Virus record (IMG/VR): IMGVR_UViG_3300028591_000146
Coordinates: 30,040 to 94,039 of that record
Length of the DNA stretch: 64,000 bases
From: a virus
Taxonomy: Duplodnaviria > Caudoviricetes
Direction: 5' to 3' (one strand)
The translations under genes were made by a program, and so were the position numbers. The notes below the pieces were generated by a model that searched no databases, was not told the origin of the DNA, and worked only from the letters and a program-made list of their open reading frames with translations. This document shows, piece after piece, positions 31,742-40,749 of this stretch (within the stretch, counting starts at the first letter, position 1; every line of letters begins with the position of its first letter).

Positions 31742-32842
31742 CAATTAGCGGCCTGACATCTCATATATGCGGGAACGTCTCGTGCTACGTGAGGGAAGAA
31801 CGAGAGGCGACTTATAGTTTACGAACAGAATAAGCGTTGGGTAAAGCTTTAACTACCAAATGTCGAATGGTAATGCTGTAGACTTCCGAAAGGTATGGTA
31901 ATAAGGTTAAAGATATATCCTCAATCCGCAGGGAATCTTCTATCCAATTATAATATGAGGAGGTGATAATATGACAGATTTCAAAACGATAATCATCGAT
32001 GGATGTGAAACAAATTATACCGTTGACACGTCTGGTAGAATCTATAGTGGTTTTAGAAAAAGATTTTTAAAACCATATCCAAATAAAAATGGATATTTAC
32101 TTATAGATATTAATCACTGTGGCAAAGTGTATACACGTCAAGTACATAGACTTGTTGCTAAGGCATTTATTCCAAATCCACTACATCTTGAAACGGTTAA
32201 TCACAAAAATGGAAATAAAACTGATAATTCAGTTACCAATTTGGAATGGATGACTATAAAAGATAATGTAAGACATGCATGGAAAACAGGATTAGCAAAA
32301 CCTAGATGTGGGGAACTTAATCCTGCAAATGTATATCCAGAACAACTGATTCATTTGGTTTGTCAGTTAATCGAAGAACGATATTATTCAAATAAAGAAA
32401 TAGCTGAGATGTGTGGTGTGAACGTCACACTTATCCGTGATATAAAATTTCGTGGTAAATGGAAACAGGTATCATCATTATATGATATACCACATGTACC
32501 AAAATATTATGAACATACTAAACATCGAGATTTCATAGATAAATGCATTTCTAATGGAATGAGTAATATTGATATACTAATCGAACTTAATCCAACCGAT
32601 GAATCACGTCATTCATTTCATAGGTATATTCAAAGACGACGTGATATTTATAATCATGATAGAAGAACCCTCAACGACTATCCCAGCGATGGGAGTACAC
32701 TCGCAAGCTAATGGTGGGTGGATACGAGATGCATATGATTGTCGGGATGATAAGCATATGAAGATATAGTCTGCTCTTTAGGGAAATCCTAAAGAAGTTC
32801 ATAAGAGAACTGCGTGAAGTTGCGACTCACGTGAACACAAGG
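31742..32842 (+). mobile_element. group I intron (1101 nt) with HNH homing endonuclease
   Basis: 5' exon ends in U with U-G pair in P1 (AGGU/GCCU); terminal G; P/Q/R/S-like core ATGCGGGAA, AATCCGCAGG, TCAACGACTA, AAGATATAGTCT. Confidence 0.9.
31971..32711 (+). CDS. HNH homing endonuclease (NUMOD4/HNH type)
   Basis: VHRLVAKAFIPNP...VNHKNGNKTDNSVTNLEW; GAGGAGG RBS. Confidence 0.92.
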   Translation: MTDFKTIIIDGCETNYTVDTSGRIYSGFRKRFLKPYPNKNGYLLIDINHCGKVYTRQVHRLVAKAFIPNPLHLETVNHKNGNKTDNSVTNLEWMTIKDNVRHAWKTGLAKPRCGELNPANVYPEQLIHLVCQLIEERYYSNKEIAEMCGVNVTLIRDIKFRGKWKQVSSLYDIPHVPKYYEHTKHRDFIDKCISNGMSNIDILIELNPTDESRHSFHRYIQRRRDIYNHDRRTLNDYPSDGSTLAS

Positions 32843-33232
32843 CCTAATTCGCTTGGCAATACTGATGCTCACAAGATAGGATTCTCACATAAACAACTCA
32901 ACCCAAGTCAGATTGGAAAGATAGATTTGTTTGAATCTGTTAAGGATGTTGGACAAACATCGATGCTTTCACCATATGCAGATCTCTCAGATTTCAGAAA
33001 GTATGACAGAGATAAATATCCGAACATTAAGTATGACTTATATAAATTCATCAAGACTGAATTTGATGAGATTGTATCGGTTGAATTCAATTGTTCATCT
33101 ATCGAAGAATACAATGATATTATTGATAAACTTTGTCATGAATCAATAATTACACTTGATCACTTCATTCCTGATCTGATAAATAATTCAGAATTCTTCA
33201 ACTTTATCAAAAATAGTAAAGGAGGATTCTAA
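32843..33232 (+). CDS. RNA polymerase beta subunit N-terminal part, exon 2
   Basis: PNSLG...LNPSQIGKIDL...DVGQTSMLSP matches beta 'RDVHPTHYGRVCP...NIGLINSL'; spliced product about 562 aa. Confidence 0.85.
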   Translation, partial: PNSLGNTDAHKIGFSHKQLNPSQIGKIDLFESVKDVGQTSMLSPYADLSDFRKYDRDKYPNIKYDLYKFIKTEFDEIVSVEFNCSSIEEYNDIIDKLCHESIITLDHFIPDLINNSEFFNFIKNSKGGF

Positions 33233-33780
33233 TGAACCCACGCATATACTATACGTTGATGTATGGTACAATCAACAAGGATCTCAGAGTCGACTTTTGT
33301 TTTACTTACGACAAAGATCCAGAAAGTAAATTCAGAACCGTCAAAGAGAATGATGAAAAACAAACAGTCTATATCAGACCGAGTTATTCGGTAACAATCT
33401 CAGAAGGATTTGATAAACCTAGACTGTTTATTCCAGGTGCTCATCTTCCATATGTCACTGATATAATATCTAAGACTTTGAAAGCGGTATCAAAACATAT
33501 GATGGAATTATATCCTAAGATAGGAAACCCAGAATTTGATGTTGATATCGTCGCACTTGAAACATTCACAAAAGAACATGTGGTATCTGTTAATGGATAC
33601 AATGCAGTGCCATGTATTTATGTTACTAGAGAGAATGAATGCAAACCTGCTATCAGAGTTAACAATCCTAAAGGTGAATCTATTAAGTTACCACTTACGG
33701 ATGCTATCATCATATCAAGAAAGTTTGAGACACTTGATCCAGATACATTCGGACTTACATTATTTAATATGATACGATAA
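33232..33780 (+). CDS. hypothetical protein
   Basis: GGAGG RBS, coupled to upstream stop. Confidence 0.75.
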   Translation: MNPRIYYTLMYGTINKDLRVDFCFTYDKDPESKFRTVKENDEKQTVYIRPSYSVTISEGFDKPRLFIPGAHLPYVTDIISKTLKAVSKHMMELYPKIGNPEFDVDIVALETFTKEHVVSVNGYNAVPCIYVTRENECKPAIRVNNPKGESIKLPLTDAIIISRKFETLDPDTFGLTLFNMIR

Positions 33781-33793
33781 ATCTGGAATTCTA

Positions 33794-33823
33794 AAATTCC
33801 ATATTTATATTATTTAAGTGGAT
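33794..33823 (+). promoter_or_regulatory. putative early promoter
   Basis: AAATTCCATATTTATATTATTTAAGTGGAT, identical 30-mer at 43569-43598. Confidence 0.7.
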
Positions 33824-33828
33824 ATGCA

Positions 33829-34059
33829 ATAGTGTATTCAAAGAATCCGGTTTAAACACTATCAGAAATCTGTACCGGATTCATCCCTCCGTGGTAATTG
33901 GTCATGCCTCGGAAGGATGGTACATAAAAACAGCGGGACCTCGAGTAACCTGTTAAATGGATAAGGTGAAACTGGAATCCCATAAATTCCCTGTTTTGCT
34001 GTTCAGGGTATCCATATTATTTACCTTCATATGATGCCGGGGGATTCTCCCCTCGGCAT
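33829..34059 (+). ncRNA. putative structured ncRNA/leader
   Basis: Non-coding, multiple helices including a pseudoknot; see findings. Confidence 0.45.
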
Positions 34060-34087
34060 TGTAAATCTTTTTGAAAGGAGTATTTAT

Positions 34088-34318
34088 ATGACACCGAAAG
34101 AAAGAGTGGCACTTGAAATCAAGAGTATGGAAGCATTCAACAATGCAAGAGCTCTTGAGAAAGAGATTTATAAGTACAAGGAAGTACCACTTAAGTATGA
34201 ATGTGAACATCCTGGTTTCGATATCGATGAGACCTTACGTCTTTATCAGGAATTTATGGATGCATTTGACCAGACATATACACAGCTACAGGAGGACATT
34301 GCAAATGGACGTAACTAA
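34088..34318 (+). CDS. hypothetical protein
   Basis: AAAGGAG RBS. Confidence 0.7.
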   Translation: MTPKERVALEIKSMEAFNNARALEKEIYKYKEVPLKYECEHPGFDIDETLRLYQEFMDAFDQTYTQLQEDIANGRN

Positions 34319-34586
34319 AAAGTTAGCCGACATTCATCACATTGTGATCGAGAATCCTAAGGATGATGATCACACTTACCCCGAGCTTCAGAAGCTCTAC
34401 ACACGTCAGGAACTTGCTGATCGTCTCGAATCACTCTATGCTATCAAGCATGAAATTGAATATAATATGAGCAAGAGAAAGATTACAAGTTATGAAACAA
34501 AGAAATTTGCTGATGCAGTTTATTCCATTCAGTGGATCATGAGTGAACTGCTCAGAGATTTCAAATCAGAAAAGGAGGAAGAATAA
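34305..34586 (+). CDS. hypothetical protein
   Basis: GGAGG RBS. Confidence 0.7.
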   Translation: MDVTKKLADIHHIVIENPKDDDHTYPELQKLYTRQELADRLESLYAIKHEIEYNMSKRKITSYETKKFADAVYSIQWIMSELLRDFKSEKEEE

Positions 34587-34587
34587 T

Positions 34588-35463
34588 ATGTTACCCGTAT
34601 TAAAACATTCAACGCAGAAGGTGTTTGTATCCCAGGCGATGCAACACTCAACACCTGAAAAGGTTCACGCAGAACGTGAAGAAATTATGGAGAAGCTGAA
34701 AAAGCTGTATCCGAATAATGAATTCATACTGATAGATCAGTACGACATTCAGGATCCACCCGAATGGGAATCCAAATCTCCCAGAGGCATCAGATGGGCA
34801 CGACTTGCACGTTCCATTGATATGATGGCAGATGCGGATCTCATTGTATTTACAAACAATGCATTGGATTACAATCAGACCGGTATACTTGCACCTGGTT
34901 GTATGTCCGAACATGCAGTTGCTTCCAAATATCAGAATGAATATCCAAATGAATATAAGATCATGTATGAATATCAGTTGGATTATGAACTGACGAGTAT
35001 CGACGTACCACAGTTCAATGTTAACATCATTGAATGTGTGAAAGCTGATATCGACAGATACAACAGATATTGGTGTGAGTTGATATCAGTTGTAAAGAAA
35101 CACATGCCTGATATTGATATGAATGATTTTCTGATCAACGATACAGTTAGTAATTGGGTGTTAGAATACTCTTTAGGTTCAATGAGTATTGTTGTATCAT
35201 TGAATAAATGTGTCGTAACCCATGACATTTGTTATGATGATGGTGCGTTCTTTGAATTCAGCATTTTTATACCGACGAATGATGTTCCGGGAACAACATA
35301 CGCGAATATCATCATTAGATCATACTACCGTGATGATCTGGTCAATGGCATCAGAGTTCATGAATGCACTGACACTAAAGTTCCAATTATAAAAGATATG
35401 TTCGATGAATTAAAGGAGGTATGCAAACATGAAACCAGAACCGATAAACCAGATCTCTTTTGA
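34588..35463 (+). CDS. protein with N-terminal nucleoside 2-deoxyribosyltransferase-like (DUF4406-like) domain
   Basis: KVFVSQAM...LARSIDMMADADLIVF...GCMSEH. Confidence 0.55.
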   Translation: MLPVLKHSTQKVFVSQAMQHSTPEKVHAEREEIMEKLKKLYPNNEFILIDQYDIQDPPEWESKSPRGIRWARLARSIDMMADADLIVFTNNALDYNQTGILAPGCMSEHAVASKYQNEYPNEYKIMYEYQLDYELTSIDVPQFNVNIIECVKADIDRYNRYWCELISVVKKHMPDIDMNDFLINDTVSNWVLEYSLGSMSIVVSLNKCVVTHDICYDDGAFFEFSIFIPTNDVPGTTYANIIIRSYYRDDLVNGIRVHECTDTKVPIIKDMFDELKEVCKHETRTDKPDLF

Positions 35464-35860
35464 GCCAGTTTTGTGTTTTGGTAAATTTGTACTGTTTACT
35501 GGACACAGAATCGACAGATCCACAGTCCCCGAAGGACTGTGGGTATACGACATCAGGCATGGTGACGAAGGAGATTGGACAGATCCAGTTGAAATTCTTC
35601 CACATGTATTATGTAACTATATGGGAAGTATCGTTTCAACAGAACGTTTTCCAATTGACTTTAAGGAGTCATACGTTATTATGGATCAGAACGGTGGAGA
35701 CTGGGATTATATCGAATGTCTTGAAGATGAAGATCTTTGGGATGATTATGATAACATTCCCGATACACTGGAAGGATATATAAACTACACGAAAAATGAA
35801 ACTGGTTGGGACATTCCACTGAGTAGTCTCTTACCAAGAGAAAAAGAGGAGGAAAATTAA
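35429..35860 (+). CDS. LPD28-like domain protein
   Basis: LFTGHRIDRSTVPEGLWVYDIRHGD...VLCNYMGSIVS. Confidence 0.65.
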   Translation: MKPEPINQISFEPVLCFGKFVLFTGHRIDRSTVPEGLWVYDIRHGDEGDWTDPVEILPHVLCNYMGSIVSTERFPIDFKESYVIMDQNGGDWDYIECLEDEDLWDDYDNIPDTLEGYINYTKNETGWDIPLSSLLPREKEEEN

Positions 35861-35861
35861 T

Positions 35862-36713
35862 ATGGTAGTCATGATAAACAAGAACGAGGTTTGTGTCGTA
35901 AATGATGAAGAAGTTTCAACATACCAGAATAAAGGTTATGAAACACTCATAACCGATATGGGTTTCCGCAAGCATCCTGAATATGTAGAATGGGACGTAT
36001 TTAATCACATTGACACAATATATCCGCTGACAATCAAAGCAGACAGATACAGTGGAGCTTATAGTAGAGGTAAATACACCGCATGGCCATGCGGTGAAGA
36101 GGATATACCAGATGGAGTATTCATGGATGATGTTACATGCGCCCACGAATGGGGTGTAATAAAATCTGAAAGACAGCATGTTGGTATTGGTTGTACACCA
36201 TCAGTTGCACTTCTCGATCTGTATCTGAAGCAGCATTCAATCTTTGTAGAAGATTACATGTTTACTGTAAAGAATACAGACGATGGTATCAGTATCACAC
36301 CATTGAATGAAAGACCTATTAAAATAGATTTTAATACTGCAATGAAGATTGCGGAAATGGTGAGCTCTAAAGCAAGAGCAAAAGCTGATGCTGTAACTGA
36401 TAATGAAAGAGTTACTGATATTGCTGAGATGGAAGAAGAACCGTATAATTCACTCATCGATCCTGCATGGTATACAATGAGACTTGACGAGCTTGATCTT
36501 GAAAATGCAGCTCTTATGGTATCATCGTACGTATCGGATTATGACAGTGATCTCGATACAGGAATCCTTGAGACTGAAGGTGGTATGCTTGTCGTTGACG
36601 TAATCAACAAGAAGACCCACGAGAGTGATACTGTATTCTGGAATGACGATGAGACATTCCGTGTATCATTCAAGGAAAGACTTCTCAGAGTTCTCAGAAA
36701 GTTAACAGCATGA
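35862..36713 (+). CDS. hypothetical protein
   Basis: IYPLTIKADRYSGAYSRGKYTAW conserved-looking motif; GAGGAGG RBS. Confidence 0.75.
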   Translation: MVVMINKNEVCVVNDEEVSTYQNKGYETLITDMGFRKHPEYVEWDVFNHIDTIYPLTIKADRYSGAYSRGKYTAWPCGEEDIPDGVFMDDVTCAHEWGVIKSERQHVGIGCTPSVALLDLYLKQHSIFVEDYMFTVKNTDDGISITPLNERPIKIDFNTAMKIAEMVSSKARAKADAVTDNERVTDIAEMEEEPYNSLIDPAWYTMRLDELDLENAALMVSSYVSDYDSDLDTGILETEGGMLVVDVINKKTHESDTVFWNDDETFRVSFKERLLRVLRKLTA

Positions 36714-37132
36714 TCAACTCATTCAGAGACGACCATTTCTTCTTATCAAATTTCTATCCCGTTGAGATCAAACTTGACGGGATAGTTTATTTGAATGCTG
36801 AAGCAGCTTTCCAAGCTCAGAAAACATTCGATATTGATGAGAAGAATAAATTCGCAACAATGACTCCAACTCAAGCGAAGCGCTATGGTCGTAAAGTAAA
36901 GCTTCGTGAAGATTGGGAAGACGTCAAAGTTTCTATAATGACTGATGTTGTATCTCAGAAGTTTTTACAGCATCCACATCTGTTGGAGAAGCTGTTACAA
37001 ACTGGAGATGAAGAACTCATTGAAGGAAATACATGGCGTGATTATTTCTGGGGTGTATGTAAAGGTAAAGGTAAGAACAACCTCGGAAAAATTCTGATGA
37101 AAGTCAGAGAAGCATATAAATCAATAAGGTGA
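36710..37132 (+). CDS. NADAR (YbiA-like) family protein
   Basis: FLSNFYP, EAAFQAQK, KFLQHPHL..LLQTG, DYFWG, GKNNLGKILMKVR. Confidence 0.9.
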   Translation: MINSFRDDHFFLSNFYPVEIKLDGIVYLNAEAAFQAQKTFDIDEKNKFATMTPTQAKRYGRKVKLREDWEDVKVSIMTDVVSQKFLQHPHLLEKLLQTGDEELIEGNTWRDYFWGVCKGKGKNNLGKILMKVREAYKSIR

Positions 37133-37536
37133 TTAAGATGGAAGTAAAACATGCAATTGCTGTACCGACAGTAAGAATATCACCGAATGAATTTCATGAA
37201 AAAATATTCGGTACAATATCAAATGGCATATACCTTGGACAAACTTCATATCAGGCTATCATCGAACACAAACCAGTTCATTGTACGATAAAGAATATTT
37301 ATCTTTATGATGAACTGTATATGTATCTAGCCATAATCGAAGTTCCTGATGAGTATGTTGACAAATATAATGAACTCAAAGAGAAATACGGACTTGATCT
37401 CCGTCTTCATCCAGTATACTGTTCACCGGATAATACACCTGGACAACCTGACTGGAATAAATATTGGATTTGCTGTTGGATTCTGAATGGTCCCGATCCA
37501 GACGCTCCATTGGAAGGAGGTGATTCGAATGAGTGA
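37129..37536 (+). CDS. hypothetical protein (paralog of 47564-48091)
   Basis: YLAIIEVPDEY...LHPV. Confidence 0.7.
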   Translation: MIKMEVKHAIAVPTVRISPNEFHEKIFGTISNGIYLGQTSYQAIIEHKPVHCTIKNIYLYDELYMYLAIIEVPDEYVDKYNELKEKYGLDLRLHPVYCSPDNTPGQPDWNKYWICCWILNGPDPDAPLEGGDSNE

Positions 37537-37951
37537 AGAAGAAATCAGAAAACATTTCCAGCACAAATGTAATACTGGATATGACCCACTTCTTTGCGTT
37601 CATCTGATATACTATCCAACGTTCTTAGATAGAAATACAAAGACTGGACAGATGTCAATACGTAAAGATATTGATAACATTAAGGGTTACAACCATCAGT
37701 ACATATTTGTCGATAGAGTAATAACTGAAGACAAATATGTTGAACTTATCACCAAGACCAAGACTAAGACTATTGGTGAACTCGCTGATGTTGATAAACT
37801 TAATATGACCGAATGTGGTATCCCGACAAATGGTGCTGATGAAGAGGAAGCTGGAATATTCTGGCTGAAACCAACATCCAAATGTAAAACCTTGCAAGAC
37901 TTATTCACAGTCTACCAGGCTAAAATCAAAATCTTATTCGGTACAAAGTAA
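37529..37951 (+). CDS. hypothetical protein
   Basis: AAGGAGGTG RBS. Confidence 0.7.
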   Translation: MSEEEIRKHFQHKCNTGYDPLLCVHLIYYPTFLDRNTKTGQMSIRKDIDNIKGYNHQYIFVDRVITEDKYVELITKTKTKTIGELADVDKLNMTECGIPTNGADEEEAGIFWLKPTSKCKTLQDLFTVYQAKIKILFGTK

Positions 37952-37963
37952 GGAGGTGAACTT

Positions 37964-38200
37964 ATGTACACAATAGAAATCTCATGGGGTACATGTAGAG
38001 AATACAAAGTTAAACCCATAGCTGCGGAGAGCTTTGACAAAATGATCTCCGTTCTTCAGGGAGCTTGGGATGTAAATGTCCAGACTCTCAACATATCTGC
38101 AAAGGTGTGTGAAAATGACAAAGTTATTTATGATGGACCTCTCAACCAGTATGTGGTTAATGGATTCCGTTATAAAGCTATGAAGGAGGGAAAAGAATGA
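37964..38200 (+). CDS. hypothetical protein
   Basis: AAGGAGGTG RBS. Confidence 0.7.
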   Translation: MYTIEISWGTCREYKVKPIAAESFDKMISVLQGAWDVNVQTLNISAKVCENDKVIYDGPLNQYVVNGFRYKAMKEGKE

Positions 38201-40461
38201 ATTCCGCAGAATTAATAAAAATCGTATATGAATGGCTCAAGGATCTTGGAGTTGATCACAAATTCGATGTCCTCAGAGAAATGGATTGGGGAATGGATAA
38301 ATTCACAGTCAACTATAAAGATAGTATGTTCCATATCAATGTCATGACGATACTTGATGGTTCGATTGATCTCACTATCAACGATGAACCTATTCTGTCA
38401 ATCAATACGGAGACCGGTCATGTCACCATTGATGATTACTATCACAAGACTGTGTATGAAAAGAAGATGGGTCCACTTGCATTCTATCAGATCAATGATC
38501 TCTGCACAAGAGTAAAGAGTCCTATAACATCAAAGGTTTACGATATTGCTAAAGGTGTTGAAGAATGGCTCTCACATATGACAGTAACATATGACCAGCA
38601 TATCTATCATCCCACCGTAATATCAACTGGTATACAGTATGATGTTAAATCCGGTGACCACACCATTACAATCAAGATCTTTGTTCTGGAAGACAGATGT
38701 GTTCTTAAGATGAATGATGTAACAGTCTTGACATATAAGGATATGGTTCTGTTGAACATCAATGGTACATTCCCTCCGTTCTCACATGCTGAAATCATGA
38801 ATCTTGCGAAGTGTGTTTCTAAGCATACCGGTAACAACGAAGATGTTCGTGAACTCGAACAATGGGAAATTGGATCCAAGTGTTTCAATGTCGTTGAACA
38901 GTTCATCATGAAACTCACAAAGACAAATCCTCATTTCAGCAACGCTCGTTGTGTTGATAATAAAAAGGATTACAGTGAATGGAATGTTGACGCTGGAGTT
39001 ACTTCAAAGAGCAATGTAAGAATAAAACTTGTATGGCATAATAATAATCATTATATAATGTCAATAAGCACTCCATGCAAATGGTTCCATCTCTTCGATG
39101 TATATGATAACGGCTCTGTTATCAAATACTCTGAAGCCGGTGTACATAATATTCTTGATCAGGAATATCTTGATGATTTGTATGATGGATTCAAAAGAGT
39201 TTTCAATAATTTTGGAGACGATAAGAAATCTGAATCTGATGATGACAAACATCTCACTGATATCAAGGTTAGAGTGTATAAATGGTTGAAAGGTTTTATC
39301 AACATACATGGTGGACACATTGATGTATTCAGTGATAACAGTTGGACCTATCACGCCAACTTCAATGGAAAACCATCAGTCACTGTTGGAATATGCAATG
39401 CGCATGATAAATACTTATGGATCGGCAATCCTAGTAATAGAGTCATATTGTTCGATGTGAATGACAACTGGAAAGCTGAATTGTATGCATTCCATCATGA
39501 GTGGTTCCCAATAATGCAACAAGACATATTCAGACTTCAGGAGTCTCTTAATGAACTCTACTTAGCAAACAAACCTGATTCCACTGATGAGGATCTGCTT
39601 GCATCAATCAGTAAAGAATACAGAACAATCACTGATGTTCTGACCGATGATTTCAAGGAGAAAGTGGATGAACGCAACAAGGAATATGAGGAAATGAAAA
39701 AGTTCATCGATGACCTCAAGAAACTCGTTGAAGAAGACCCTGAACTTGCTGCAAAGAAACTTGGAATCAAATGTGCTGATGACATAGTCCACAAACAACC
39801 TGAATGTGCATATACATTCACTGAGAGTGGTGTGAAGTGTACATATGTGGATGATGGTTCCATGGAAGACACTGTGGTGATATCAAAATCTGCAGCTGAG
39901 AAACTCTGCTCGAAACCTCCTGCTGTTATCAATAATGCAAGTGACTTCATAGAGAAATCTATGTTGCTTAATGCATTTCCTCCTAAGGTCGAGGTTGTTA
40001 AGTCTAGACCTCATAACTTCAAGACTTGGGCTGGAATGTTCTCTCACAGACCAGTTGACGAAATCAGAAAAGATCTCAAAGAAGCTGTTGAGGGATTTAA
40101 ACCTGATGTATGTTATATCGATAAAATATTTGCAGCTGATGTTATTAATATAAGAAAGGATGAAAGTAAAATGAATATCCCTACAATAAAGCATGTTCTC
40201 TTTAATGAGACGAAGAAAGTCACAACAGTTCTCTTCACCGATGGAACTCGTGTGACATCAAAAGCGGTGCCTAATGTTGAATTCGATCCTGAGGTCGGAT
40301 TCGCTATGTGCATCATGAAGAAGCTTTATGGTAACAGATCCAAGTTCCAGAAGGTAATCAAGAAATACCGCAAAGCTGGAGAGCACAGAAACAAGAAGAT
40401 TGCTGATAAGGCAGAGCGTAAAGAAGCTAATGCTGAAAAAGCATCTGACGAAGAAATATAA
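38197..40461 (+). CDS. large multidomain hypothetical protein
   Basis: 754 aa; repeated ~110-aa units; C-terminal TTVLFTDGT...FDPEVGFAMCIMKK domain. Confidence 0.8.
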   Translation: MNSAELIKIVYEWLKDLGVDHKFDVLREMDWGMDKFTVNYKDSMFHINVMTILDGSIDLTINDEPILSINTETGHVTIDDYYHKTVYEKKMGPLAFYQINDLCTRVKSPITSKVYDIAKGVEEWLSHMTVTYDQHIYHPTVISTGIQYDVKSGDHTITIKIFVLEDRCVLKMNDVTVLTYKDMVLLNINGTFPPFSHAEIMNLAKCVSKHTGNNEDVRELEQWEIGSKCFNVVEQFIMKLTKTNPHFSNARCVDNKKDYSEWNVDAGVTSKSNVRIKLVWHNNNHYIMSISTPCKWFHLFDVYDNGSVIKYSEAGVHNILDQEYLDDLYDGFKRVFNNFGDDKKSESDDDKHLTDIKVRVYKWLKGFINIHGGHIDVFSDNSWTYHANFNGKPSVTVGICNAHDKYLWIGNPSNRVILFDVNDNWKAELYAFHHEWFPIMQQDIFRLQESLNELYLANKPDSTDEDLLASISKEYRTITDVLTDDFKEKVDERNKEYEEMKKFIDDLKKLVEEDPELAAKKLGIKCADDIVHKQPECAYTFTESGVKCTYVDDGSMEDTVVISKSAAEKLCSKPPAVINNASDFIEKSMLLNAFPPKVEVVKSRPHNFKTWAGMFSHRPVDEIRKDLKEAVEGFKPDVCYIDKIFAADVINIRKDESKMNIPTIKHVLFNETKKVTTVLFTDGTRVTSKAVPNVEFDPEVGFAMCIMKKLYGNRSKFQKVIKKYRKAGEHRNKKIADKAERKEANAEKASDEEI

Positions 40462-40670
40462 AAAGTGGAACAAAGTAACATATAAATACATCAATCATTA
40501 ATTGAATGAACCTGTCAAATGATTTTGATTAATGATTGATGACATTACCTTAGGCGACATGCATGTTATTCGCGGTCATTGAAGAGTAGACAGCTGGTGC
40601 ATGTCCGCCATGGTATTCTATATCGAGGAATGCCTCCTCAATTCCCCGGGTGTTTGTACATCCGGGATCT

Positions 40671-40743
40671 CGCACGTTAGCTCAGTTGGTAGAGCATATG
40701 ATTCATACCCATATGGTCGGTTGTTCGATTCAACCACGTGCGA
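40671..40743 (+). tRNA. tRNA-Met/Ile2 (CAT)
   Basis: CGCACGT/ACGTGCG acceptor, GCTC/GAGC D-stem, loop TTCATAC, GGTTG-TTCGATT-CAACC. Confidence 0.85.
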
Positions 40744-40749
40744 CTATAT

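Noticed and set aside
32831-33232. Independent gene starting at GTG 32831
   Set aside because: No RBS; the sequence from 32843 is exon 2 of the beta subunit.
33926-34016. Pistol ribozyme
   Set aside because: Topology is loosely similar, but the conserved GCG after the pseudoknot is missing.
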